Shown here piece by piece: positions 50,453-63,582 of a stretch of DNA of 64,000 nucleotides; the stretch's first letter is position 1, and every line of letters begins with the position of its first letter. Location: NCBI GenBank assembly GCA_036785375.1, contig JAWMAR010000256.1:3162001-3226000 (forward strand), given 5' to 3'. Source of the DNA: Leucoraja ocellata (lineage: Eukaryota). The translations under genes were made by a program, and so were the position numbers. The notes under the pieces are model-generated. The model did no database searches, was not told the DNA's origin, and worked only from the letters and a program-made list of their open reading frames with translations.

Positions 50453-51439
50453 TTGTTTCAATACGAAAATTGATATTACCACAAAGAGTTGGATCCTAAA
50501 AGGGCCCATTCATTCTCATCTTAATTTCAATTATTTGTGTTAATTTGTTATCATTGTTAATTTCAAAGATTTTTCTATAGGCAAATTATTTTGGATTTAT
50601 CTGCAGTTATTTGACTTTTTGTACACTTGAGGCATACAAGTTTCAAAATGCCGCAACCAACTGATTTTCATAAAAATGTACATTTGAGGTTCTACCATAT
50701 GTGCCTGTAAACATTAATGAGATTTTGTAGTTAAATTAATGATATTTGTTAAAATGGAACTACATGTTGAATCTTTTAAATGTGCTAAACACCTTTATTA
50801 ATCATCATCTATTTAGTTTGCAAGGTGGATTAATTTTTCAAAGTTAAAGGTCATATGCTTCATGACGCTAATTTACAAACAATACATGTATTTGTTGCTC
50901 TATTAGATCTGTCTAATGATTAATGCCGGAGGACAAATCTCACCAGGCAACTTCAAATTTGATGCGAGACTTGTTATTTGCCCCTGATATCAAATGTACG
51001 TTACTGGTCAGAAACGTGCTCTTTTATTTCTATGATGAGAAATTATGTTTCATTAGTGAATTATACGATTTGAGAATAATTGTACCTAGATTTCTTTTGC
51101 ATAATAAACATGGTGATTTGCTGAGATTTAATTGAAGGCATCAATCTCACTAACCTATTATCAGTTAATAATTAAGTTATTAGGGTATTTAGAAATGTGG
51201 TGTATTTACTGATTGTTGTTCCACCTATTTCCAAAGTTAACACTGATCAGATGTTAGTACATAAAACATTTGATATATGAGAGAAATTGTTGCTCAAGGC
51301 ATATGAGAAATTTGGAATATCTCCCCAACTTCTGGGCTACATCCATAACTTTCTGCAATTATTTACGTTCTTGGATGGAGTGGTTCCAAAACTAGGCTGT
51401 GAATCATCTTTATAGGATGCTTTCTATGGTGCAACATGT

Positions 51440-54400
51440 AGGGGAGAAAGAAGAAAAAGATAAATAGAGAATAAGAGGTGGTGGGTTTCTTAAATGTGTA
51501 TATTTTAATGCTAGGTGCATTATAAGAAAGATGGATGAGCTTAGAGCCTGGATTGACACCTGGAAGTATGATGTTGTGGCGATTAGTGCAACATGGTTGC
51601 AGGATGGCTGTGATCGGAAACTAAATATTCCAGGATTTCATTGCTTCACGTGCGATAGAATTGGAGGGGCAAGAGGTGGAGGTGTTGCATTGCTTGTCAG
51701 GGAAGATATTACAGCAGTGCTTTGGCAGGATAGATTAGAGGGCTCGTCTAGGGAGGCTATTTGGGTGGAACTGAGAAATGGGAAAGGTGTAGCAACACTT
51801 ATAGGGGTGTATTATAGACCGCCTAATGGGGAGTGAGAATTGGAAGAGCAAATATGTAAGGAGATAGCAGATATTAGTAGTAAGCACAAGGTAGTGATTG
51901 TGGGAGTTTTCAATTTTCCACACATAGACTGGGGAGCACATTCTGTAAAAGGGCTGGATGGTTTGGAGTTTGTAAAATGTGTGCAGGATAGTTTTTTTGC
52001 AGCAATACATAGAGGTACCTACTAGAGAAGGGGCAGAGCTGGACCTCCTGTTAGGAAATGAGACGGGTCAGGTGACGGAGGTATGTGTTGGAGAGCACTT
52101 TGGGTCCAGTGATCACAATACCATTAGTTTCAATATAATTATGGGGAAGGTCAGAACTGGACTAAGGGTTGAGATTTTTGATTGGAGAAAGGCTAACTTT
52201 GTGTAGATGCGAAAGGATTTAAAAGGAGAGAATTGGGACATTTTGTTTTATGGGAAGGATGTAGTGGAGAAATGGAGGATATTCAAAGGTGAAATTTTAA
52301 GAGTACAGAATCTTTATGTCCCTGTTCGGTTGAAAGGAAAGAGTAATAATTCGAAAGAGCCAAGGTTTTCAAGGGAAATTAGACACTTGGTTCGGGAAAA
52401 GAGAGAGATCTACAATAAATATAGGCAGCATGGAGTAAATGAAGTGCTTGAAGAGTATAAACAATGTAAAAAGAATTTTGAAGAAATTAGAAAAGCTAAA
52501 AGAAGATATAAGGTTGCTTTGGCAAGTAAGGTGAAAGTAAATCCAAAGGGTTTCTACAGCTATATTAATAGCAAAAGGATAATGAGGGATAACATTGGTC
52601 CATTAGAGAGTCAGAGTGGGCAGCAATGTGCAGAGCCAAAAGAGACGGGGGAGATATTGAACAATTTATTTTCGTCGGTATTCACCAAGGAGAAGGATAT
52701 TGAATTATGTGAGGTAAGGGAAACAAGTAGAGTGGCTATGGAAGCTATGAAGATCAAAGAAGAGGAAGAACTGACACTTTTGAAAAATATAAAAGTGGAT
52801 AAGTCTCCAGGTCGTGACATGTTATTCCCTAGGACATTGAGGGAAGTTAGTGTAGAAATAGCAGGGGCTATGATCGAAATATTTCAAATGTCATTAGAAA
52901 CGGGAATGGTGCCAGAGGATTGGCGTGCTGCACATATTGAGCTTCTACAGGTCAGCCATCTAGTCAGTTCTCACATACTGCATCACAGTATGGTACTCTG
53001 GCTGCACCGCAGAGAACAGGAAAGCTCTCCAATGCGTCATTAAGACTGCTGAGAGGATCACTGGCACCCAGCTCCCCAGACCGGAGGACATCTACCGGAC
53101 CCGCTGCATCCGGAGGGTCAAGGGCATCATTAGAGACAGCACACACCCTGGACACTGCCTCTTCACCCCCCTGCCCTCAGGAAGACGATACAGGACACTG
53201 AGCGCCCGCACGACAAGACTAAAAAAACAGCTTCTACCATAGAGCTGTGACACTACTGAACTCTATCTCCCCCCCCCCCCCCCACACTGTTTCCCCCCCC
53301 TGTCTCTCACACACCCGCCCATACTCCTATATGTTTATAGTCTAATTTTTTATTAGTTATTTTTTAAACGTATTTTTATACTTGTATTCCTGTGCAGCTG
53401 GAGGACTGCTCCAACAAAATTTTGTTGTCTTGTACAATGACAATAAAGATTATTATTATTATTATTATTATAATATTGTTCCATTGTTTAAAAGGGGTTC
53501 TAGGAGTAAATCTAGCAATTATAGGCCTGTTAGTTTGACGTCAGTGGTGGGCAAATTAATAGAGAGGATTCTTAGAGATATACATAATTATCTGGATAAA
53601 CAGCATCTGATTAGGAACAGTCAACATGGATTTGTGCCTGGAAGGTTATGTTTGACTAATCTTTTTAAATTTTTTGAAGAGGTTACTAGGGAAATTGATG
53701 AGGGTAAAGAGGTGGATGTTGTCTATATGGGCTTTAGTAAGGTTCCACATGGAAGGTTGGTTAAGAAGGATCAATTGTTGGGTATTAATAGTGGAGTAGC
53801 AAGATGGATTCAACAGTGGCTGAATGGGAGATACCAGAGAGTAATGGTTGATAAGTGTTTATCAGGTTGGAGGCCGGTGACTAGTGGGGTGCGTCTGGGA
53901 TCGGTGTTGGGTCCACTGTTGTTTGTCATATACATCAATGATCTGGATGATGGTGTGGTAAATATGATGTACAATTATAGTCGCCAAATTATAGGAAAGA
54001 TGTCAACAAAATAGAGGGAGTTCAGAGGAGATTTACTAGAATGTTGCATGGGTTTCAGCACCTAAGCTATAGAGAAAGGTTGAACAAGATAGATCTTTAT
54101 TCTTTGGAGTGCAGGAGGTTAAGGGGGGACTTGATAGAGGTCTTTAAAATTATGAGAGGGATAGACGGAGGTGGCGTTGATAAGCTTTTTTCCATTGAGA
54201 GTAGGGAAGATTCAAACAAGAGGATATGATTTGAGAATTAAGGGACAAACGTTTAGGGGTAACATGAGGGGTAACTTCTTTACTCAGAGTGGTAGCTGTG
54301 TGGAATGAGCTTTCAGTGGAAGTGGTGGAGGCAGGTTCGATTTTATCAGTTAAAAATTAATTGGATAGGAATATGGACGGGAAAGGAATTGAAGGTTATG

Positions 54401-54497
54401 GTCTGAGTGCAGGTAAATGGGACTAGGTGAGAGTAAGTGTTCGACATGGACTAAAAGGGCCGAGATGACCTGTTTCCATGCTGTAATTGTTATATTG
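51440..54497 (+). mobile_element. Near-complete CR1 ORF2 (APE plus RT), decayed, with a nested Rex1-like insert and an internal deletion near 53965
   Basis: ORFs 51531..51836, 51840..52025, 51979..52206 (GSSDH), 52207..53043, 53382..54014 and 54041..54229. Confidence 0.95.
52940..53472 (+). mobile_element. Rex1/Babar-like 3' fragment nested in CR1, with 6-bp TSD ATATTG
   Basis: ATATTG at 52934-52939 and 53473-53478; 'ccctcaggaagacgatacagg' (LPSGRRYR); (ATT)n tail. Confidence 0.88.
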
Positions 54498-54504
54498 TTT
54501 ATAT

Positions 54505-54768
54505 GGTTAATATTGGTGGTCTTATCAACATCTTGTACAACTGCAACATGACCTCCCAAATTCTATACTCAATACTCTGACTGATATCCAAAAAAGCCTT
54601 TTTGACCACCTTATCTACCAGTGACTCGATCTTCATATAACCATGCAGTTGTACTCCTAGATCCCTCTGCTCTATACCACTACCCAGAGGCCTACCATTT
54701 ACTATGTAGGTCCTGCCCTTGTTCGACGTCCCAAAATGTAACACTTCACACTTCTCTGAATTAAATTG
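54505..54768 (-). mobile_element. CR1 RT C-terminal fragment
   Basis: ORF 54499..54813 (FNSEKCEVLHFG..EQRDLGVQ). Confidence 0.85.
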
Positions 54769-54769
54769 A

Positions 54770-55030
54770 CTTCCAGATTCAGGAACAGTTTCTTCCCAGC
54801 TGTTATCAGGCAACTGAGCAGTCCTCTCATCAGCTAGATTGCAATCTTGGCCTCTTGTCTATTTCACTGAAGACCTATGAACTATCTTTAATCTGACTGT
54901 CGGATTTCAATGTAATATATTTGCACTGTGTATCCTTTGCATTTATCTGTGCACTGTGGATGGCTTGTTTGGATTAGTGTATAGTCTTTGACTAGATAGC
55001 TTGCAAACAAGAGCTTTTTGCTGTATCTCT
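54770..55030 (+). mobile_element. Rex1/Babar-like 3' UTR fragment
   Basis: 'ccagattcaggaacagtttcttcccagctgttatcaggcaactg', similar to 48010-48055. Confidence 0.7.
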
Positions 55031-55967
55031 GTACACATAATAATAAACTTTTTTTTCTTTTTGATTGTAATCTTGTGAAAATGTCTATATGCTATGCCCA
55101 AGACAAAAAATATTCCTTCACCATGCATGCCACATTTCATTAAAGTTCAATGCGGAATAATGTGAAATGTAACTAGACTATGCCACATCATATGTGTAAC
55201 CTAAAAGCCTACTATAGATTATTCAACTGAAGCTTAAAGTGATTAAAATTGTCACATGGAAAGGTTTGCAGATAATTAATTTACATTATTTTAACATGTA
55301 TATCTTAGGTGGGATTAACATTATAATAGGAAACATTGGCCTTTGTTCTAGTTTGGTACAACTTGGTTCAGAGAGCACACTAAGATGTCTGGTTTGATAC
55401 TGAGCCATTTACGACAATGGTATTTAAATCTTTTAATTCCCTCTGCTTGGAAAGTAAAAGTAGATAACAGTTAAATTAGAGGTTGGTGAATCTAGACTTC
55501 AATTTTCCCTGCAGCTACCCATTAGATGGTCAAGGTGTCCATATAAATTGGGAAGTCTTGTCATCAATCAAAATAAATTGGGTTCATAAAAACTACACAG
55601 CCATACTAATTGTTTACTGGTTGGAGGATTTGTTGTGGATGTTCTGCTTAAAAAGGTGAAGATAAAAATATATTTTGTGAACATACCTAGGATAGAAGTG
55701 GTCACCAGAGCTAAATGGGAATATTGGCAGTGCTGACTATTTGTGCTTCACCTCCCATTCCAGCAGGTAATAGCTTTATTTTTTTGCTGACCTGCAGTAC
55801 GTGACCTATGTGCGGCTCAACCTTGCAGCAGTCTGATGCTGTCAATCTTTATCACATAGCATTAGTGTATCTTAGTTTTGTAGCTGGGTTAATTCCTGTA
55901 TGTGACTCCCTATCTTTTTTAACTGCATTATTTTAGGTTTGTTAATAAAGACTTGTGGAGCCTCCTT

Positions 55968-56310
55968 AGTCATACAGTGTGGAAACAAGCCCTTAGGCCC
56001 AACACCGACCAATATGTTACACCGACACATCCTACTTGCTTGCATTTGGCCCATGTCCCTCAAAACCTGGCCTATCCATGTGCCTGTCTAACTGCAGCTT
56101 AAACATTGTGATATTCCCTGCCTCAACCACCTCCTCCAGCAGCTCATTCCATACACCCACCAACCTTTGCAAGGAAAACATTACCCCTAAGATATTTATA
56201 AAAACTTTCCCACCTCACCTTAAACCTATGTTCTTGATTTCCTCCAATCTGGGCAAGATACTGTCCACCAATCTATTCCTCTGATTTTATATGCCTCTAT
56301 AAGATTGACC
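55968..56310 (-). mobile_element. CR1 3' end
   Basis: 'gtcatacagtgtggaaacaagccc...catttggccca...cctcaaccacctcctccagcagctcattcc'. Confidence 0.78.
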
Positions 56311-56339
56311 ATCAACTGTATTTCACCATTGGAAGAATT

Positions 56340-56940
56340 TGGAACTGCTGGAGGAACTCTATCTTTGGAACAACATATGTGAAAGGAAAGGATGATTGAT
56401 ATTTTGGGTCAAGATCCCGCATCAGGTTTTGGACTGCAGGGTAAAGATAATTTGCGCAGAGGTGAGAGGGAAGAGTGAGATGGGGGATAACGAGCAGATG
56501 GATCAAAGTGGAGGAGGAGGAATATAGAGAAATGAGTACTAGTTAAAAGTCGAGTATTTGTTTGTCTTGTGAACTAAAATAATGACATTTTTATTCGCTT
56601 CAATTTTGCTGTAAATTACAACAATGGATACATTCTAAGAGAGCAAGCTAGACAATAATAGAACAAGAAACAATGTATGTAAAGCAACTATCGTAATAAT
56701 AGGTGGAATGGATAAGCGAAACAACGGGCAGCCTAAACTGGGTGCTGGGGGGGGGAAGGAAAGGAAAAGGTCGTCAGAGGTTTGTTGTTGATGTATAGAA
56801 CCAGATAAGGAAGAGATAAGGCCAGTGGAAGAGGGGATATGAAAGGTAATCCAACAGAGGAAACATAGAATTGGTTTATTTTGGGGGGAGGGAGGTATAG
56901 GGACCAGAGTTGCACCAAGTTGCAAGGGAAAGTACCCAGT
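56340..56940 (-). mobile_element. Old Penelope pLTR/3' region fragment
   Basis: 'gctggaggaactc', 'ttttgggtcaagatcccgcatcag', purine-rich spacer, and 'gttgcaagggaaagtacc' shared with about 62620. Confidence 0.5.
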
Positions 56941-56974
56941 GATGATGTAGGATATGCAAGAGATGAGTGGATTC

Positions 56975-57380
56975 GTGCAGCATCAAAACTGGCTCTTCAG
57001 CCCAGCCTGTTCATATTGACAAGATTTTGCAACTGACCTAGTTCCATTAGCCTGAGTTTGGTCCTTATCCCTATAAAGATTTCCCTTCCGTCTAAATGGT
57101 GTTTAAATGTTACAATCATACTCTGTCAATCACTTCCTCTGACAACACAATCAATATGCACACCATCCTCAATGAGAAGAAAAATGCCTGTGAGGTCTTA
57201 AATCTTTCCTACATTAAGCCAACATGTCTACTGGACTATTCATGACCTATTTTCACTATTTATAGTCATAGAGCATGGGAACAGGCTCTTCGGCCTAACT
57301 TGTTCATACAGACCAATATGTCCCACCTACACTAGTTCAACCTTCCTGCATTTGGCCCACTTTCCCATAAACCTGTCCTG
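56975..57380 (-). mobile_element. Two degraded CR1 3' tails
   Basis: 'cagcatcaaaactggctcttcagccc' and 'atagagcatgggaacaggctcttcggcc...gcatttggccc'. Confidence 0.6.
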
Positions 57381-58050
57381 TTTGAACTTATTGTGTTTAT
57401 CCTAGAAGTTTACTATCCTAGCGTCAAAGACGGCGATCCTCGAGTAAAGTAGAAGGGGGTGGGGTGGGAAAATATGACTGGTGATAGGATGGGTTAATGT
57501 ACTGTATGTGGAGCTAGTGGGGTGAAAGGTGGATGAGGTTTGTGCCCCCTTGACCAGGAATGGGCAAGAAATTTCCTGGACTTGCTAGGCTGCAGTGGAT
57601 GCAAGCAGGAAAGCTAAAAATTCTGTTGTGTTTTAAGAATTTATTTTTCAAAATGACTAATTTGATAAATAGAGGAAATGGATAATTTGGCGGTAGCTTG
57701 AACTCTTTTTGCTAATTATGGCAATTTCATTTTGGAAAAAGAGCATTCCAATTTACTTTTCTGTCTATATTTGAGCACAATTTGATTTATTACAGTTAGC
57801 TTTTTTCTGAACAAAAAACTTATTTTCCGTTCAACCTCCACTTCCCTTTTTACATTAAAAGTTTAGCTTGTCGTTGCCTGAGATAGAACATTCTAAAGAG
57901 CTATTCAAAATTTGGACCATATTTTCCATTATTTTCTTCATTTTCAAGTTCTGAACATAGTGGACAACATTTTAGCCCTGTTTTCACTGGGAGGTGAATG
58001 CAAATAAATGGTTAGGAGTTATTAAAGTATAAATTCATCAGTCATGCATA

Positions 58051-58398
58051 AAGGGCCTGTCCCACGAGCGCGCTTGAGCCGTATGGCCTCGCGGGGCCGG
58101 TCCCACTTCGATCGCCGGAGCCGTATGGAGTTGTGCGGAGCTGGTCCCGACATCGCGCGGGGTTCCGAAAAACTGACACTGTCCAAAAATACTGCGTGGC
58201 AACGGCCTGCCGGCCAGCAGCCGCATTGAGGCCGTACGCACCGCCTCGACGGTACGCACAGCCTCGACGCCGTACGCAGCATCTTGACGGTGTACGCCTT
58301 CACTCGAACTTCACGTCACTCGACCTCGGCGCGGCCCCCCCGCTTCCGGTTTGGTTGCGCTTGCCTCATGCAGCCGCATGCTCATGGGACAGGCCCTT
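58051..58398. mobile_element. Complete CpG-rich MITE (TIR AAGGGCCTGTCCCA)
   Basis: aagggcctgtcccacgagc / gctcatgggacaggccctt with TA on each side; interior related in reverse to 23850-23960. Confidence 0.88.
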
Positions 58399-59864
58399 TA
58401 ATCTTTGCTTGGGTAGAGCATTTGGTGATTGCAACATCTTTTCATACGCTCACATCTATTCACCAAAAGTGACTTTTCAGAAAAGATTAGGTAATAGAAT
58501 AACTATCTCATTGATGTAAAGTGGTAAATTAAGAATTATATCAAAGCCTTTTCGCATTCAAAAATATATATATATAAATATGTACATTTAGATCTCAAAC
58601 TGCTTTCTTGAATCTTTAAACCAAATGTTGATGAATGAACTTGATTTCAATATTTTTATTAAACCCTCTCCCAAAGGCAAGTCCATTTAGGTCTAATTCA
58701 ATGAGAGGGGTTATCAATATTGGATACCATAGATTTTTGCCATTGTTAAGCAATCTGACATAACTGAATCAGGAATTAGTCATTCTAATATAATTTTTAT
58801 TTAATGAGCTGTTACAATCTGAATAAGACAATCTGAAATGGTATTTCAATCAAGTGTAATTGAATTAAGTAACTTTCTGAAAATAGTTATTCATATAATT
58901 TCTAAAGTATTACATGGCATTGAAGATAGCCCAGAAGGCATTAATTGATTAGTATTTCAACTCATCTTCATCATAAAATCTAGATTGATATTTAAGTGCA
59001 TGTGGAAAGAGTTTGTTATTGTTGGGATGCCATATTTAGAACAATTTCATGCTAGTATTGCCTGCCTTCTCAGTATAACATAAAATATCCCCTGAGAGCA
59101 GAAAAAGAAGACTGGAAAATATCAAACATTGGTCGAGTTTTGACTTTCATTAGGAAGAATTATCTCCAGAGCTCTTTACAAAACTATACCACAAACAACA
59201 TTGCTAATACAGATTATTAACAACTCTACATTTTGCTCTTCGCTGTTGTAGTTCCCTCATCAATGGAGTGAATGTATTCTCTTTGCTGTGATATTCTCTG
59301 AGATCTTTAAATATTTTCATCAAACTTGTTCTTAAAATATTCAAAGACCCTAACCTTCTAAACTCCTGTACTTGAAATTAATGTTTTGCCTGGAACAATG
59401 GTGCTGTATTCTGAATTTGGGTGCACATACTGAACATTATTAAAATTAAAATTCCCAGCTGCATCAATTCACTCCCGTCGGCTATACCATGAAATTACAT
59501 TGTTGTTCAAAGAGTCTTTGCTCGGAACTTTGTAGAAATTATTTCAAGAAGTGGCGGGAGAGGGAGGAAAAACATGGTATTTTAATTAAATGACATTGCA
59601 TCATGTTCTTAAATTACCTGGGTAAACTTTGCACGACACACACATATTGGGGAAATGATAATCTCCAACATGTTGCATATCAACCTGGTTTGGTACTTTA
59701 TTATATCGAAGTAATGAGGCCCCGACCAAATGATTCAGTGGGATAGTATTGTCAGGACAACAGCAAATCAAAACAGCAGCACTCCATCACCCTCTCAAGG
59801 GCATTTGGGAATGGGAAAGGAATTTGGTCTGACCAATGATTCCACTTTCTGTGAATAAAGAAAC

Positions 59865-60520
59865 TAAATCAGAATCAGATTTCATTCACCAAGTATGTTT
59901 TACAACATACGAGGAATTTCACTGGCCAGGTCAGTGGATGCTCATGTTAAAATGTGTTTTGAGTGATCTGTTGCTTTTTATTGTATATTAAAAGCAACAG
60001 ATCTCTCAAAACACATTTTAACATGAACATCCACCACAGTGACTACTACACATTCCTCCCTGTGATTGAAGGCAAAATGAAGTTAAAGTCCTTTCCCTTT
60101 GTTCCTCCTTGGTCATTGGCCTTGAGCCCCCATTGACAGGGCGGTCTTGACTCGCGTAGGCGACAATAATCGGGCCCTCTGCATTGAGACGATCCACTCC
60201 CACATCGAGGGGATGTCAGCTCCCCCCGCGCCGTGCGATCGAACATCGCATCGGGGCTGGACAAACCTTTTGCGGCCTTGGAGCTCCCGACTAGCCTCAC
60301 CCGAGACTGCGAGTCCTTGGTGTTGATTCCGATGTGGGAGCGATCCCAGGCAACGGATCAGCTTCGATGATAAGTCCGCACCCCGCGGTGGGGCTCACGA
60401 CAGTCCGAGGAGGCTTCCAGCTCCATCGATCGAAGGCCGCAGAGCCCGGAGAATGAGATCCGAAAAATGATCACATTACTGGGAAGGTAGGAACCTGAAA
60501 ACAAGTTTCCCTGATCCCGA
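59865..60520 (-). mobile_element. Unclassified GC-rich non-autonomous retroposon
   Basis: 'aatcagaatcag' tail; 'catccaccacagtga...cattcctc..tgtga.tgaaggc' is shared with 27120-27160. Confidence 0.55.
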
Positions 60521-60959
60521 AATGGAAAGAGGAAACAATATTATTTTAAATATCAGATAATATTTGAAACTGTGTATTTTGCAACTGATTCAACTTGTTA
60601 ATATGTCATGTTTTGTGCCTATTGTTTTACGGTTTGAATTTTAATTGCTTGGCTAATATTTATTGGCTGTCCATGATTGCCCTAGAACAGGTGTTGGTGA
60701 ATTGGCCTTATTAATGTGACAAAGATAAAACTGTACAAGGTATGGAATAGTTGTTTTCATCTCCCATTGATGAAGAAACCAAAAGTATATTTGCATAAAA
60801 AATATAATGGCACACATTGGAGGTTGTGGTGTTTACATGTGCCTGTTACTCTGGGATTTCAAGTGGTGACTATCTTGGGTAGAGGAACTGTCAGAAGCCT
60901 TGCTGCTAGCCATTTAGTAGTTGATGCATGTTGTGGCCAATGCTGGTGATTGAATGAAT

Positions 60960-61605
60960 AAGTATATTGCCAAGGTATTCACATACAAGCTCTGCCTGCA
61001 AGTGACAACATGACATACAGTGACCGTTAGGAATGACACATAAAACATTAAACATTAATAATAAAACATTATTGATTAAACATGTGAATTAAATAAAATA
61101 CCAGAACCAAAGGAGGCTACAGATTTTTGGTTATTGAGTAGAGCTACTACTCATGGGGGGGAAAGCTGAATTTATGTCTGGCTGTGGCAGCATTGACAGT
61201 CCGGAGTCGCCTTCTAAAGGGAAGTGATTCAAAGAGTTTGTGGCCAGGGTGAGAGGGGTAAGCGATGATCTTACCTGCTTACTTCCTGTCCCTTCCAGTG
61301 TACAGTTTGTCAATGGAGGGAAGGTTGAGCCAATAACGTTCTCAGCTGATCGGACGATTCGCTGCAGCCTCCAGATGTCGTGATTGGTGGCTGAGCCAAA
61401 CCAGACCATGATGGAGAAGGTGAGGACAGACTCTACGATGGCCATATAGAATTGGACCATCATTGCCTGTGGCAGATTGTGCTTCCTCAGCAGCGGCAGG
61501 AAGTACATCCTCTGTTGTGCCTTTTTGACTGTAGATGGTTTGAGTAGATGGTGGCCCCCCATTTAAGGTCCTTGAGATGATGGTTCCCAGGAACTTAAAA
61601 TATTC
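60960..61605 (-). mobile_element. Rex1/Babar-like LINE 3' end
   Basis: ORFs 61342..61734 (FKFLGTIIS) and 61131..61562 (KKAQQRMYFL..FYMAIVESVLTFSIMVWFG). Confidence 0.9.
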
Positions 61606-62065
61606 CACATTGTACCTTGTAAGGAATTGTAAGGAAGGCTGATTCCTCATTGTAGGGAAAGCTGAAAGAAGTAAATGTTTTCGTGGAAAAAAATGACTGC
61701 TTGCTTGAGAGATGTTGTACCTGTGCTCATCCAAGCAAACCGATGTACTCTGTTAAATGCCCAGATGACCGCAAAATTTTGAGATATGGCACCTATTACT
61801 GACTTGAGCTGAAGATTCATGTATATGTGTATAACTTAGCGATATTTACTCTGGTCCTATCATGATGGGAAAGGGGGGATTGGATGAGAGTGGTGTAGGT
61901 GAATGTTGTGGTTGAACGAAGCTTAGTTTGGTTTATTATTGTCATGTGTACCGAGGTACAATGTAAAGTTTTTGCATGCGAACCAGCCGAAGAAAATAAT
62001 ATTTAAATACAATGAAGCCGTGCACAGATAAAGAGTACAACATTTAGTGCAATGATATAATACTG

Positions 62066-62668
62066 AAGGTAGACAAAAATGCTGGAGAAATTCAGCAGGT
62101 GAGGCAGCATCTATGGAGCGAAGGAAATGGGCAACGTTTCGGGTCAAAACCCTTCTTCAGACTGATGTGAGTGTGGGGGGAGGGGGGCGGGAGGAAGAAA
62201 GGAAGAGGTGGAGCCACAGGGCTGAGGGAGAGCTGAGAAGGGGAGGAGAAAGAAAGGTTTACCTGAAATTAGAGGTCAATGCAAACTGGCCAAGCAAAAT
62301 ATGAGGTGCTGCTCCTCCAATTTACGATGGTCTTCACTCTGGCCATGGAGGAGGCCCAGAACAAAAAGGTTGGATTCGGAATGGGAGGGGGAGTTGAAGT
62401 GCTGAGGTTGGTTATTGCGAACCGAGCGGAAGTGCTCGGCGACGTGATCGCCAAGCCTATGCTTGGCCTCACCGATGTAGAGCAGCTGACATCTAGAGCA
62501 GTGGATGCAATAGATGAGGTTGGAGGTGCAGGTGAACCTCTGTCACACCTGGAAAGATTGCTTGCGTCCTTGAATGAAGTCAAGAGGGGAGGTAAAGTGA
62601 CAAGTGTAGCATTTCTTGCGGTTGCAAGGGAAAGTGCCCGGAGAGGGAGTGGCTCGGGTGGGAAGGGA
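62066..62668 (-). mobile_element. Penelope-like element 3' end: GIY-YIG endonuclease plus pLTR
   Basis: Minus-strand translation FTCTSNLIYCIHCSRCQLLYIGEAKHRLGDHVAEHFRSVR..HFNSPSHS..RKLEEQHLIF, followed by the pLTR at 62066-62165. Confidence 0.9.
62131..62162 (-). ncRNA. Minimal type-I hammerhead ribozyme motif in a Penelope pLTR
   Basis: RNA reads GU-CUGAAGA-A-GGGU-UUUG-ACCC-GAAA-CG-UU-GC: intact CUGANGA and GAAA boxes, 4-bp stem II, palindromic AACGUU helix III region, NUH site. Confidence 0.65.
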
Positions 62669-63582
62669 CAAATAATACTGATGCCTGATTTGAAGACAGT
62701 TCATAGGTCTTCACTGAGGTAGATGGGAGGTCAGGATTGTACCCTAGCTGATGAGAAGACTGTTCAGTTGCCTGATAACCACTCGGTAGAAACAGTTCTC
62801 CTGTCAGATATAATACTTGTTTGGCATTGCTTTGCCTTAATATTTCATTCAGTTATCAGTCCATCCCTTAATATTGTCCACATCTTCCTATTCCAATGCC
62901 TGAATAGCTTTATCTAAAGTGCCACTAAATAAATGTAAAAATCCCACATTCATCCATACAATGGCACCACCAATTGTGCCATTCACTTTAATTTGGCCTC
63001 CAACCTGTATTTCCTTTGTTTTCCCTCACTGCGACATAAAATTTGAAACTCTCCTCGATATGATAAAAAATCAGCAATCTGAAACGATTTCTTTCTACAC
63101 ACATGCTACCTGTTCTTTAAATATTTTCATCACGTTCTCATCATTGAAGACTGTTTTCGAAGGCACAATCTGTCAACTGCTGCCTTGAACTCAAGGGACA
63201 TTGGATTTCCAATTCAGTTTCTGTACCAGATTTGGAGCTCTGTTCTGGGTGGAAATCAAACGGAACACTAATTGATCAAGCAATTGATGAGTAAAGAGTC
63301 ACCTGCTAACATCGTTGACAATACCATTTGTTACTTCAGTAAGTTGATGGGGACGTACTTGGTCAGAATAGATTTATCCTGGGTTTTAATGACACAGCAA
63401 AATAATACAATATTTCACTGTAAGGCAGCAAACCTACCGCTGTGCCACCGTGCATTTGGCCTAATTGATGCCAGTCCCAGAAATGTATTGAAACAATTTG
63501 GAAAACTGTGTGGCTAATGTTGAAACCAATGTGTTTGAAGTCCTTCACCTTTGTCAACATTGCTCCCCTATATTATTGGTGC

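Noticed and set aside
62279-62722. 147-aa plus-strand ORF as a gene
   Set aside because: It is the antisense frame of the Penelope GIY-YIG region
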